Positions 1 through 13,320 of a DNA stretch of 64,000 nt are shown piece by piece (positions within the stretch are counted from its first letter, which is position 1; the number at the start of each line of letters is the position of its first letter). The stretch is from the NCBI RefSeq assembly GCF_009914755.1, contig NC_060928.1; one strand, 5' to 3'. Both the position numbers and the translations under genes were made by a program. The notes beneath the pieces are model-generated. The model made no database searches. It was not told the origin of the DNA and worked only from the letters and a program-made list of their open reading frames with translations. This DNA comes from the human T2T-CHM13v2.0 reference genome, Homo sapiens.

Positions 1-1837
1 TGTGCTGAGGCAGGGGGTTCGCATTGTTTATTGTCATCTTCGTGTTCAACTGTAACAATATTTGTACTGTAAGAGATAAGATGATCTTATAAGAGCTTCT
101 TAAAAGATAAGAAGCATTTGTCCTTAAATTCTAAATTATTAAAGTTGCATTTGGTTTGACATTTTTTTCATTTTAAAAAATTATTTTTGCTAATAATTAA
201 TGAAGTTTTAGCTAAAATCTGCCAGAGGAGAGAAATTGATGTCAGCTCTTCTAGAAGTGCTTATGATGATTTTGTTTTGCATCTAAGCATTCCGTGTATT
301 TTCATAGTTCATAAAAAAGAATTTTATTGGTTATTGCATGCATTCTCTATCAGATGAGAAAAATAAAAAGAGAGTGAATTAACAAACTTACTTGCTCACT
401 TTAAATTTTTGAATAAAATCTTTTTCTTTTCTATATGCCTTATTCTCATGAAAGAAATCATAATCATTTTATTTTTTCTGTTTATCAATATGATACATGG
501 TCAGTGTAGAACATTTTTAAAACATCTACAAGGTAGAACATAAAAGAATAAAGTATATACTCCTTCAGCTCCCACGACTCAAAGGGGAAAAACATTGCTA
601 ACCCCTTTTAAAGAATGACCTATAAAAAAATGGTGGTGTGTAACTCAAATTATGGAGAAAGGTTAATGATACATGGTTTAAGGTTTCTCTGCGATTGAGT
701 ATTATTGTCCTTTTTTTGGCCTTTAAAACTTGGTCTTTGCATCGTGTAAGTGCAGCAAAAGTGTGCATACTTCCCAGTGGAAATGAATCCACCAGGAGGC
801 CTCTGTGGACTTGTTGCTAGTCCAGCCATGGGAGGGCATCTGTTTAAGCGTTGGACAACCTAATAGGAAGGTCTTTTTTATATGGCTTGTGCTTGTTAGA
901 AAACATTTACTTGTGGTCAGATTTATGGTTAACAAAACAAAACAAAACAACCTAATGAATACCACTAGCTCAACATCCAGAATCTCTTAGTGTAGGGACT
1001 GTATTTGAGGAACCAATCTGGGACATTTCAGACTCAGAAGAATACTATTCAATACCTTATTTCTGCAGGGCACTAAACATTAGCAGGATTGAACATATTG
1101 GTTTCCTTTCATTGAAAAATGACTTGAATGTTTTCAAAGGATGTCTAACAAAAATCAAGAAGTCCAGTGACTGCTAGTGCTATTGGGACTGGGACATAAG
1201 AACCCTGCCCAATTCATGAGAGCCCCTCAGTGGCTGCTAGGAGACAGCTCTGGGAAATATATTCCTCAATGGGATTTGGTAGACTGGAGGTGTGCTATCT
1301 TATTTTGAACTGTGATCCCTTGGGACACTTGATCTCCCATGTCAATTTATGACAAAGTTATCTGTCTATGGGGCAGAAAGGAGATGATCAGAAAAGGTCG
1401 GAGGAGAGTATGGAATAGCTCTGTGGTCAGTTATTCCAAAGCTAGGCTACAGGTGGGTGAAGTAGTGGATGGCATGAACTGGGGACATGGGCAGGATGAA
1501 GATGAACTTACCTGGAATTATGCGTTCCATGGGCCTGCACAAATACCCCGATCCCCTTTTATAGATGTAGAAATCACCTGCTAAGATTCACCTACTTTCC
1601 TGGAGACACAGAACTGAATGGGGGAAGGAGCTTGGGTTTACATGTCAGGCAAGTATCATCCTAATGCTGGTCCTATAAACTACTCAATCTTAGAGGCAGG
1701 AGAGAGTCACTAGCACTCTCTTTTCCCTGAAAAATGAAAAGATCAAAAATATATGGCTGTTGCCACAGATTGGTCCCTGTGCAATGCTGCAACAGTCTCC
1801 TTGAAGCTTTTGTCCACGTTCCTAGCTGCAAAGGCCA

Positions 1838-1934
1838 TGTATGTAAGTTCTGTGAGGGCAAGGTCATGTCTATTGGGTCCACAGGTGTATCTCCAGGGCC
1901 TGGCACAGTGCATGCTCAATAAATATTTCTTGAT
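1838..1934 (+). mobile_element. L2 LINE 3' end fragment
   Basis: tgtaagttctgtgagggcaagg...gtatctccagggcctggcacagtg..tgctcaataaatatt, a typical L2 terminus. Confidence 0.7.
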
Positions 1935-1949
1935 AAAGAGAGTGAAGGT

Positions 1950-2185
1950 GGGAATAGTCAGAGTAATAGAGGTAGAAAGTAGAATAGTGGTTACCAGGGG
2001 CTGGAGGAGGCGGTAATGGGGAGTTATTGATGAACAAATCCAGAACTTCAGTTTGGGATGATGAAAAGTTCTGGAGATGGACAGGGGTGGTAGTTGCACA
2101 ACAATGTGAATGTAGGAACTTAAAGACACTGAACTGCACACGCAGAAATGGTTAAAATGATAAATTTTATGTCATGCATATTTTA
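1950..2185 (+). mobile_element. Old L1M (L1MB/MC-like) 3' UTR fragment
   Basis: gaaagtagaatagtggttaccagggg...gatgaaaagttctggagatgga...gcacaacaatgtgaatg...ggttaaaatgataaattttatg. Confidence 0.85.
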
Positions 2186-2854
2186 AACCCCCCACCCCCA
2201 GACAAGATGGATGTGTCTCTGTGGAAATAACATTTCCTGGCTGAGTAAGATTTCATTATTTTCTTACTTGCAGCTTATGTAAACAAACCAAAACATTTTG
2301 TCATCAACAACTGTAGTACATGTTTTCATAAGATTTTATATTTTCTACATTAGTGGACTCACTTTAGCCATACTTTCTTCTGAGAGGTAGGCAGGGCAGG
2401 GTGGGTATTAACTGTCTCTAAAGCTTGGGGATTGTTCACATAGCAAGTTAAGAGCATTATTTGACTTAGAAATGGGATTAGTTTCCTAGGGCTTTTGGAG
2501 AATGTACATAATTTTACACAATAAGCAGGAAGAGGTAACGTGAAGGTCTTGGATGAGAAGTGCCACGATGTTCTGGAGTAAGGATTTCAATTTGGTGGTA
2601 AAGAGAACACTTGCCTGCTCAGTGTTGATCTAAGGTTGACTGAGTAGAGCATCTTTTATGATGTTTTGCTCAAGGGAAACGAGACTGGTTCTGATCTCTG
2701 TTGGCCTGAGGAGGCTTCTACTCTTTTCTACGACCTCTATTCCTTTTTTTCTGTAGTTCTTCAGGGCATTGCCTATTCCTTGTGCCGCCTGAGGCAGCAG
2801 ACAATGTTTAAGTTTTATTTAACTGCTGTTGCTTTTCTGCTTTCCCATTTATGT

Positions 2855-3220
2855 CAGAGATGATTATGGTTCAGAGAATCTCCATGTTCCCTCACATTTC
2901 CTAGCCTTTTGTAGCTAGGCAGGGCTATGAGATAACTGGCCAATGGGCAGAGCAGAAGCAATGCTTGTCATTTTCAGACTCAAGCATTTAAGGATCCATG
3001 TGAAGCCCTCCAGCTCCTTCTTCCACTGCTGTAGTGATTTGGAAAGTGTTGATATGTGAAGCATCTGTCAGTGTTGGTCCCTGAGTCACCGTGTGGAGCA
3101 GATCCTCCCTCCCCTCACCTTAGCCCTCTCCCACTGTGCAAGCATGCGTGAGAAACATATCCTTGGTATATTAAAATTCTGAGATCTCAGGGTCAATTTG
3201 TTAATGCCTATCTTGACTCA
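2855..3220 (+). mobile_element. Old MaLR solo LTR (MLT1J/I-like)
   Basis: catttcctagcc...tggccaatgg...ggtccctgagtcacc.tgtggagcaga...gtgagaaac...ctgagat...ttgttaatgcctatcttgact. Confidence 0.65.
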
Positions 3221-3227
3221 CCCCCTG

Positions 3228-3378
3228 TTAGACAGACTCACCCCCTATTCTCCTTGAGAGCAGGAGTTATATGCATGTACTTCTAAAAATCTTTGTATCC
3301 TGGGTACCTCACACATGTGGGGTAGTGTTTTCCATGTGGTAGATGCTGAGTACATGCTTACTGAATGAATAAATGCGT
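3228..3378 (+). mobile_element. L2 3' end fragment
   Basis: ctccttgagagcagg...tctttgtatcc...gtagatgctgagtacatgcttactgaatgaataaatg. Confidence 0.6.
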
Positions 3379-3741
3379 GAAAAGATAACTGAATGCATTC
3401 ATAATTGGCCATGATAGGTATTCACATTGAACACAACATGAGCTGTCTTATCTACTTCTGGGTGTTGATAGCCACGTAGAGTCCTCAGAGTCTCCTTTGT
3501 CTATGACCTCCCTTCTTAGACTTGTTCTCATCTGTGAGGGTGCAGAGTGCTGACTGACTCATGTGGCATGCTGGGAAAGAAAAGCATAGAAAACACTTGA
3601 CATTATGTTTTGCTACTACCCCTGCTCAGCCAATCCTCTGAGCCTCAGCTATCTTCATTTTATAATTCTGCCCCTGAACTGGGATTGAGACAAACCATTT
3701 GCTTCTATTTGACATTTTCCTCTGCTTTAAAAAATGGGGAA

Positions 3742-4002
3742 CAAATAATTATAATTTTGACAGCTGGCTTCTTATACTGTGCCATGCACTGTAATAAGTG
3801 CTTTACTTGAATTATTTTGTTTAATTTTCATGACACTCGGTGAGATAACTACTATTAGAACCCCAGTTTAGAGGGGAGGAAACTGAGGCCCCTGAGCTGG
3901 ACTTGCCTTAGGTCTCATGGCAAGGGGAGCAGAGTAGCAGAGCTGGAATCTTTGTCACGGGCTCTCTGGGGTCAAGGCTGATATTCCTAAACATTAAACT
4001 GT
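3742..4002 (-). mobile_element. MIR SINE
   Basis: Reverse MIR core gaggaaactgaggc...acttgcc..aggtc, with tgtgcca..cactgtaataagtgctttac tail region. Confidence 0.8.
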
Positions 4003-6989
4003 TCTCCAATGCCATGTCCCTATTTGCAACTTTTCCAGAGCTTCCCTGCTGCAGGACTCAGTCTCTGGACTCCACACCTCCAACAACCTGGCCCCCAGGC
4101 ACTTCACGGCCACATGGCTCACAGCCCCACATCTTCTGGCTTCTTTATTAAAGTGATTCTTTCACACAGTTCTTGCTGGACACTGTGCTAACTGCCTGGC
4201 CAGCTGATCTGTCCCCGAGTCTTCAGACTGGGCAGTCCCCCTACCTGCTGCTCTGTGAAATCTTTCCCTCCCCTGGTTAGATTCCCTCAGATGTCTCAGT
4301 TATTTCCAGGCATTAGCCATTGAGAGGATCGTGCTTCAAGGCAGATTTTCTGGCCTCCTCCTCACCTGTGTGCACTGAGCTCTTAGGTCTCCCTCGTTCA
4401 TTTGATGGACAGCTGTCAGATCACATTGCTTGGCTTGTGTCTAAAGTGATATTTTTCTCATTGCTAGAGGATTTCATATAGTCATCTTTGAATATTCTTA
4501 AGACTTGGACACCTCCTCCGCAGACATGCATATAATGGTTGCTGAGGATACCTCCTGCTGCTTTTAAGATGTTAGAGTCAAGAGAAACCCAAAGTGAAGC
4601 TTTTATTTATTATTTTCTGAACACTCTACATCAATTTATTCTTACTTTTTTATATTGAGGTATAACAGTAAGTGGACATGTCTTCAGGCACAGTTTTCAG
4701 TAAGACCTAGTTTAGGGAGTTGAGTTTTTAGAAGTGAATTCCCTTAAAATCTCCCTGAATCCATGGTCTCCATGGTAAGTCTTCACGATCTGAAAAGAAA
4801 AGTCCTGTTTCCCTTCTGACTTTATATAACATGTATTAAATGATTTTTCTGTTTTTTTTTTTTTCTACATGCTCACTGTAGAAAATGCAGAGAAGTTATG
4901 TAGAGCTCTTTGTCCAAGTCTGGTGGGTTTTTTCTGAAATTTTAAATTAAGGTCTCTGTACATAAATCTCTGTTCTTCATTTAAATCAGCTGACACTAAA
5001 CTGACTTTAAAGTCAGACCACTAGATCTTGGATTCAAGGCAGCAACTGAGGCCCCTCTTTGGGTTGAATTATGCATTGTAGGCTATTCAGAAGAAGGTCA
5101 AAAGTGCAAGCCCGAGGAGATAGGGAGGCCCCCAAAGGAGGGTGATTGTGCTGCCCCAGATAGCTCTCACCCTGAGCAGCACCATCTCCAGAAATAACAT
5201 GTGTGGGTGAAAGCAATCAACAGCACTCAGAGCTGGAATTCCAGACAGCCACAAACATATCAACCTAAATGTAAAGTGGCACTGCTAACAGTCCATCTAT
5301 AATTACATCTTATTTTATTAGTTGCAAAGGGTAATTGTATCCAGAAAATTCCTAATGCAAATACATGCTACAGAGATAATGTATATGTTGCTCTGAGAAA
5401 ACAATGTGGTAGAGAAGTTTCAATAATGCTAAGTGATTTTCTAGCACTCATCACTGATTAAGCGCCATCTGGACTGTAGGAAAACAGGGGAAGGGGAGTT
5501 GCCAGAAGTCAGGATGTCTGAATTCTCTCTGGACTCTCAAATCTTTTAATCTCTCAACTTTTTGCCCTTAAGTGTCCTGAGGGAGGGGAATGGCTTTGGA
5601 ACACACCAGGCAAGCAGTTACATTCTTGGGACTGGATGCTCAGGCAGCTGGTTTTGGTAGAGCTGAGGTTTAGGTCAACCCTGATGCATGCACCATTGGC
5701 AAAGTGATAATCATAACATGCCCTTTCAAGACAGCCTATGCAGCTCTGAAGGGATGTTGAATGCCATGCCTTTCTTCATCTAAGCTATATGAGTATGGAT
5801 CTAATGATTAATATAACTGTTTTAAGCACTGGCTTTTAGGAGCTAAGAGATGTTAGAGATCAAACACTATATCTGTGAATGTTAGAATTGTATTAGGATT
5901 GAGCTGCAATAGTCCTATTACTGAGGTAGATATGAAATAGAGAGCAGAGAGCATAGTACTATACAAAGAGATGCTCAGAAAATGTTATTGTTAATAATGA
6001 AATTATCCAGAAACTCAAATTACTCATATGCCTAGTAGAAAACTCATAATCCGCTTTCAAATGGTTTTCAAATACAATGGCAGTTTTCACTATCATAGTT
6101 TCTGTTTTTATTTATTTATTTTGTCATATTAGACATCCTAAAAATAGATTATGTGTTTTTAAGGCTGTTTTTAAGAAACGATTGCCTATATTTAGAGCCA
6201 ATGAGGCAATAATTTGAAATAGTTAAAATTACCTTCTTGAATACATTTGACAACAATTACAAAGAAATTGTAAAGAAATTACCTGTTGTGTGCATCAATT
6301 GATCAGTGCAATATGTTTAGTTTCCACCGGAATCTGTCTGAAGAGTTACTATAGGATGAGTGAGGCAAGGCACTTGAGTTGGGAGGAAGGCATGCATGGA
6401 ATTAATATGTTCCTTTTCACTGTTTTTTGGAGATGCTAAAGACCTCTTCTTCTTTCCCTTACTATGTTCAGTCATTTGATAATGAAAGAGAGTGTGTGGA
6501 GGAAAGGGAAAAGAAGGAGAGTGCCAGAGGGCATAAGCAAGGTCCGTCTTCACCATGGGAGCTGAAATATGGGCATTCCATGCCTGCCATATGTCTGTTC
6601 CTTGCATTTTGGAGAGGGGCTCAGTGAGGGGCCTAGAGATTCTCATGGGCCTAAGAGGAATACCTTCAGCCAATTCAGATGTTTCTAGATACACAAGGAA
6701 GGATGTAGGGGTGAGCCTCTTTAAGGATTCTAGCAGCTTAATGGGAAAGAAAAATGCTTGGCTCTTTTGCGCATTAGGATGGGCAGCTAGTCCCAGCACC
6801 AATGCCTTTCGGCCATTGATAAGGGTTGAACTTCCATGTTGTGACTTGGAAGCCAGGAGCCACATGGTGAAGGGGTGACAGCAGGTGGGAGGTTCCCAGG
6901 GACCATTCTTCGAGCCCAGACTTGAGAGACAGATACCCGTGTGTTGGAATTTCTGCAGAGCAATTCTAATTTGCCTTCTATGTATGTAT

Positions 6990-7045
6990 GTATATCATAG
7001 GTGTGCATATATATGTAGTATATCATAGGTGTGCATATGTATGTA
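6990..7045. repeat. 28-bp tandem duplication in (TA/TG)-rich tract
   Basis: gtatatcataggtgtgcatat(a/g)tatgta present twice, one mismatch. Confidence 0.85.
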
Positions 7046-7892
7046 TGTAATCAACATGGGCTAGGGAATGACTGCAATGTGTGAGTGACCATGTGGGAAG
7101 GCAGCCCTTGTTTAGTGTGAGATGACCACTAGGACTCACCCTTTTCTCCTGCTAATACTGATTTCATCACCGTGTCTCTCCTTCTTGCCAACATAGATAG
7201 ATCATCATGCCTGGGACTGTTTTCCTCCAACCTCACTCCTTATTTTCCATTTTACCTCTCTGCTGGTTCAGAGTGGAATTTGTGATTGCAGAACTCTGGG
7301 AAGAGGCAGAAGTAGGGATAGCAGCTTTCTAAATGTACAGTGACATGCCTAATAGCACATCTATAATCACGTTTTATTAGTTGTAGAGGGCAATTGCATC
7401 CAGAGTGGCTTTTTTCCTAGCCACGCTGAAATGCTGCCTCTGTGTGATGTTGTCACAAATGGATGACTAAAGGACTTTGGGGGCACGCTTATCTTATTCT
7501 TGCCTTATTATTCTTTTTTATTTTATTTTATTTTTATTGTTTTATTTCAATAGGTTTTTGGAGAACAGGTGGTGTTTGGTTACATGAGTAAGTTCTTTAG
7601 TGGTGATTTCTGAGATTTTGGTGTACCCATCACCTGAGCAGTGTACACTGTATCCATTGTGTAGTCTTTTATCCCTCACCCTTCCCACTCTTTCCCCTGA
7701 GTCCCCAAAGTCCATTGTATTATTCTTATGCCATTGCATCCTCATAGCTTAGCTCCCACTTCTAAGTGAGAACATACAATGTTTGGTTTTACATTCCTGA
7801 GTTACTTCACTTAGAATAATGGTCTCCAGTTCCATTCAGTTCTCTGCGAATGCCATTATTTCATTCCTTTTCATGGCTGAATAGTATTCCAT

Positions 7893-7937
<45 letters not shown>

Positions 7938-7977
7938 CTATATATCTATATCTATATCTATATCTATATCTATATCT
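7893..7977. repeat. Compound microsatellite (CA)n + (TATATC)n
   Basis: Read directly; lies near the L1PB 3' end, next to the Alu tail. Confidence 0.95.
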
Positions 7978-7991
7978 ACCACATTTTCTTT

Positions 7992-8282
7992 TTTTTTTTT
8001 TGAGATGGAGTTTCACTCTGTCACCCAGGCTGGAGTACAGTGGCACGAACTCGGCTCACTGCAACCTCCACCCTCCAGGTTCAAATGATTCTCCTTCTTC
8101 AGCCTCCTGAGTAGCTGGGACTACAGGCGCCTGCCATAGTGCCCAGCTAATTTTTTGTATTTTTAGTAGAGATGGGGTTTCACCATCTTGGCCAGGCTGG
8201 TCTTGAACTCCTGACCTCGTGATCCACCCACCTCGGCCTCCCAAAGTGCTGGGATTACAGGCGTGAGCCACCGCGCCCAGCC
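7992..8282 (-). mobile_element. AluS (AluSg-like) inserted in L1PB
   Basis: Full dimer; ggccaggctggtcttgaactcctgacctcgtgatcc; perfect 15-bp TSD taccacattttcttt (7977-7991 / 8283-8297). Confidence 0.95.
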
Positions 8283-8792
8283 TACCACATTTTCTTTATT
8301 CACTCATTGATTGATTGGCATTTCGGCTGGTTCCATATTTTTGCAATTGCTAATTGTGCTGCTATATACATGTGTGTGTAGGTATCTTTTTCATATAATG
8401 ACCTCCATTCCTCTGGGTAGATACCCAGGAGTGGGATTGCTGGATCAAATGGTAGATCTACTTTTAGTTCTTTAAGGAATTTCCACACTGTTTTCCATAG
8501 TGGTTGTACTAGTTTACATTTTCACCAACAGTGTAAAAGTGTTCCCATTTCACCACATCCACTCCGACATCTATTGTTTTTCGATTTTTTTGATTATGGC
8601 CGTTTTGCAGGAGTGAGGTGGTATCACATTGTGGCTTTAATTTGCATTTCCCTGATAATTAGTAATGTTGAGCATTTTTCATATGTTTGTTGCCTATTTG
8701 TATATTTTCTTTTGAGAATTGTCTATTCATGTCATTAGTCCACTTTTTGATGGGATTGTCTTCCACAATGGTTGAACTAATTTACACTCCCA

Positions 8793-11700
8793 CTAACAGT
8801 GTAAAAGTGTTCCAATTTCTCCACATCCTCTCCAGCATCTGTTGTTTCCTGACTTTTTAATGACCGCCATTCTAACTGGTGTGAGATAGTATCTCATTGT
8901 GGTTTTGATTTGCATTTCTCTAATGACCATTGATGATGAGCTTTTTTTCATATGTTTTTTGGCTGTATAAATGTCTTCTTTTAAGAAGTGTCTGTTCATA
9001 TCCTTCACCCACTTTTTGGTGGGGTTGTTTGATTTTTTCTTGTAAATTTGTTTAAGTTCTTTATAGATTCTGGATATTAGCCCTTTGTCAGATGGATAGA
9101 TTGCAAATTTTTTCTCCCATCCTGTATGTTGCCTGTTTACTCTGATGATAGTTTCTTTTGTTGTGAAGAAGTTCTTTAGTTTAATTAGATCCCATTTGTC
9201 TATTTTGGCTTCTGTTGCCATTGCTTTTGGTGTTTTAGCCGTGAAGTCTTTGCCCATGCCTATGTCTTGAGCGGTATTGCCTAGGTTTTCTTCTAGGGTT
9301 TTTATGGTTTTACGTCTTACATTTAAGTCTTTAATCCATCTTGAGTTAATTTTTGTATAACGTGTAAGGAAGGAGTCTAGCTTCAGTTTTCTGCATATGG
9401 GTAGCCAGTTTTCCCAACACCATTTATTAAATAGGGAATCCTTTCCCCAGTGCTTGTTTTTGTCAGGTTTGTCAAAGATCTGATGCTTGTAGATGTGTGG
9501 CATCATTTATGAGGCTTCTGTTCTGTTCCATTGGTCTATATATCTGTTTTGGTACCAGTACCATGCTGTTTTGGTTACTGTAGCCTTGTAGTATAGTTTG
9601 AAGTCAGGTAGCTTGATGCCTCCAGCTTTGTTCTTTTTGCTTAGGATTGTCTTGGCTACACAGGCTCTTTTTTGGTTCCATATGAAATTTCAAGTAGATT
9701 TTTCTCATTCTGTGAAGAAAGTCAATGGTAGCTTGATGGGGATAGCATTGAATCTATAAATTACTCTGGGCAGTATGGCCATTTTCATGATATCGATTCT
9801 TCCTTTCCATGAGCATGGAATGTTTTTCCATTTTTTTGTTTCCTCTCTGGTTTCCTTGAGCAATAGTTTGTAGTTTTCCTTGAAGAGATCCTTCACATCC
9901 CTTGTAAGTTGTATTCCTAGGTGTTTTATTCTCTTTGTAGCAATTGTGAATGGGAGTTCACACATGATTTGGTTCTGTTTTTCTGTTGTTGGTGTGTAGG
10001 AATGCTTTTTGCACATTGATTTTGTATCCTGAGACTTTGCTGAAGGTGCCTATCAGCTTAAGGAGATTTTGGGCTGAGACAATGGGGTCTTCTAAATATA
10101 CAATCATGTCATCTGCAAACAGAGACAATTTGACTTCCTCTCTTCCTCTTTGAATATCCTTTATTTCTTTATCTTGCCTGATTGCCCTGGCCAAAACTTC
10201 CAATACTATGTTGAATAGGAGTGGTAAGAGAGGGCATCATTGTCTTGTGCCAGTTTTCAAAGGGAATGCATCCCATTTTTGCCCATTCAGTATGATATTG
10301 GCTGTGGGTTTGTCATAAATAGCTTTTATTATTTTGAGATACTTTCCATCAATACCTAGTTTATTGAGAGTTTTTAGCATGAAGGGCTGTTGAATTTTAT
10401 CGAAGGCCTTTTCTGCATCTATTGAGATAATCATGTGGATTTTGTTGTTGGTTCTGTTTATGTGATGGATAACATTTATTGATTTGCATCTGTTGGACGA
10501 GCCTTGCATCCCAGGGATGAAGCTGACTTGATCATGGTGGATAAGCTTTTTGATGTGCTTCTGGATTCGATTTGCTAGTATTTTATTGAGGATTTTTGCA
10601 TCGATGTTCATCAGGGATATTGGCCTGAAATTTTCTTTTTTTCTTGTGTCTCTGCCAGGTTTTGGTATCAGGATGATGCTGGCCTCATAAAATGAATTAG
10701 GGAGGAGTCCCTCTTTTTCTATTGTTTGGAGTAGTTTCAGAAGGAATGGTACCAGCTCCTCTTTGTACCTCTTGTAGAATTCGGCTGTGAATCCATCTGG
10801 TCCTGGTTTTTTTTGTTGTTGTTGTTGGTAGGCTATTAATTACTGCCTCGATTTCAGAACTTCTTATTGGTTTATTCAGGGATTCAGCTTTTTCTTGATT
10901 TAGTCTTGGGAGGGTGTATTTATCTATTTCTTCTGGAATTTTTCCATTTCTTCTTGGTTTTCTGGTTTATTTGCTTAGAAGTGTTTATAAGTATTCTCTG
11001 ATGGCAGTTTGTATTTCTGTGGGATCAGTGGTGATATCCTCTTTATCATTTTTTATTGTATCTATTTTATTCTTCTCTCTTTTCTTGTTTATTAGTCTGG
11101 CTAGCAGTCTATTTTGTTGATCTTTTGAAGAAACCAGCTCCTGCATTCATTGATTTTTTGATGGGTTTTTCGTTTCTCTATCTCCTTCAGTTCTGCTCTG
11201 ATCTTAGTTATTTCTTGTCTTCTGCTAGCTTTTGAATTTGTTTGCTCTTGCTTCTCTAGTTCTTTTAATTGTGATGTTAGGGTGTCAATTTTAGATCTTT
11301 CCTGCTTTATTCTGTGGGCATTTAGTGCTATAAATTTCCCTCTAAACACCACTTTAGCTGTGTCCCAGAGATTCTGGTATGTTGTGTCTTTGTTCTCGTT
11401 GGTTTCAAAGAACTTATTTATTTCTGCCTTCATTTAGTTATTTACTCAGTAGTCAACCAGGAGCAGGTTTTTCAGTATCCATGGAGTTGTGTGGTTTTGA
11501 GTGAGTTTCTTAATCCTGAGTTCTAATTTGATTGCACTGTGGTCTGAGAGACTGTTTGTTATCATTTCCATTCTTTTGCATTTGCTGAAGAGTGTTTTAC
11601 TTCCAATTATGTGGTCAATTTTAGAATAAGTGCAAGGTAGTGCTGAGAAGAATGTATATTCTGTTGATTTGGGGTGGAGAGTTCTGTAGATTTCTATTAG

Positions 11701-12160
11701 GTCTGCTTGGTCCAGAGCTGAGTTCAAGTCCTGTATATCCTTGTTAATTTTCTGTCTCATTGATCTTGCTAATATTGACAGTGGGGTGCTAAAGTCTCCC
11801 ACTATTATTGTGTGGGAATCTAAGTCTCTTTGTAGGTCTCTAAGAACTTGCTTTATGAATCTGGGTGCTCCTATATTGGGTGCATATATATTTAGGATAG
11901 TTCATTCTTCTTGTTGCGTTGATACCTTTACCATTATATAATGCCCTTCTTTGTATCTTTTGCTCTTTGTTGGTTTTAGTCTGTTTTATCAGAGACTCGG
12001 ATTGCAAACCCTGCTTTTTTTTTTTTTACTTTCCATTTGCTTGCTAAATATTTCTCCATCCCTTTATTTTGAGCCTATGTGTGTCTTTCCACATGAGATG
12101 GGTCTCCTGAATACAGCACACCAATGGGTCTTGACTCTGCAATTTCCCAGTCTGTGTCTT
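8793..12160 (-). pseudogene. L1 ORF2p (endonuclease-reverse transcriptase), fragmented by stops/frameshifts
   Basis: ORF pieces: GDFSTPLS...YSKIDHIIGSK...SDHSAIKLEL (EN); [16 protein letters not shown]...[12 protein letters not shown] and [12 protein letters not shown] (RT); [14 protein letters not shown] (C-terminal cysteine-rich region). Confidence 0.9.
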
Positions 12161-12306
12161 TTAATTGGGGAATTTATCCCATTAACATTTAAGATTAGTA
12201 TCATTATGTGTGAATTTGATCCTGTCATTATGATGCTAGCTGGTTATTTTTCCCTTTAGTTGATGCAGTTGCTTCATAGTGTTGATGGTCTTTACAATTT
12301 GGCATG

Positions 12307-13320
12307 TTATTGCAGTGGCTGGTACTGGTTTTTCCTTTCCATGTTTAGTGCTTCCTTCAGGAGCTCTTGTAAGGCAGGCCTGGTGATGACAAAATCTCTC
12401 AGCATTTGCTTGTCTGTAAAGGATTTTATTTCTCCTTCACTTATGAAGCTTAGTTTGGCTGGATATGAAATTCTGGGTTGAAAATTCTTTTCTTTAAGAA
12501 TGTTGAATATTGGCCCCCACTCTCTTCTGGCTTGTAGGGTTTCTGCCGAGAGATCCGCTGTTAGTCTGATTGGCTTCCCTTTGTGGGTAACCTGATGTTT
12601 GTCTCTGGCTGCCCTTAACATTTTTTCCTTCATTTCAACCTTGGTGAATCTGATGATTATGTGTCTTGAGGTTGCTATTCTTGAGGAGTATCTTTGTGGT
12701 GTTCTCTGTATTTCATGAATTTGAATGTTGGTCTGTCTTGCTAGATTGGGGAAGTTCTCCTGGATAATATCCTGAAGAGGGTTTTCCAAGTTGGTTCCAT
12801 TCCCCCCATCACTTTCAGGTACACCAATGAAACATAGGTTTGGTCTTTTCACATAATCTTATATTTCTTGGAAGCTTTGTTCATTCCTTTTCATTCTTTT
12901 TTCTCTAATCTTGTCTTCAGGCTTTATTTCATTAAGTTGATCTTCAATCTCTGATATCATTTCTTCCACTTGATTGATTCGGCTATTGATACTTGTGTAT
13001 GCTTCATGAAGTTCTCGTGCTGTGTTTTTCAGCTCCATCAGGTCATTTATGTTCTTCTCTAAACTGGTCATTGTAGTTAGCAATTCCTCTAACCTTTTTT
13101 CGAGGTTCTTAGCTCCCTTTATTGGGTTAGAACATGCTCCTTTAGCTCAGAGGAGTTTGTTATTACCCACCTTCTGAAGCCTACTTCTGTCAATTTGTCA
13201 AACTAATTCTGTGTCCAGTTTTGTTCCTTTGCTGGCGAGGAGTTGTGATCCTTTGGAGGAGAAGAGGCATTCTGGCTTTTGGAATTTTCAAACTTTCCGT
13301 GCTGGTTTTTCCTCATCTTC
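12307..13320 (-). pseudogene. L1 ORF1p, disrupted
   Basis: TSLEKNINDLMELKNTARELHEAY... and KRPNL...IIQENFPNLARQ...ARREWGPIFNILKEKNFQPRISYPAKLSF. Confidence 0.9.

Noticed and set aside
6317-6865. 182-aa minus-strand ORF in unique DNA
   Set aside because: No recognisable domain, composition typical of random sequence, and overlapping ORFs of similar quality on the other strand
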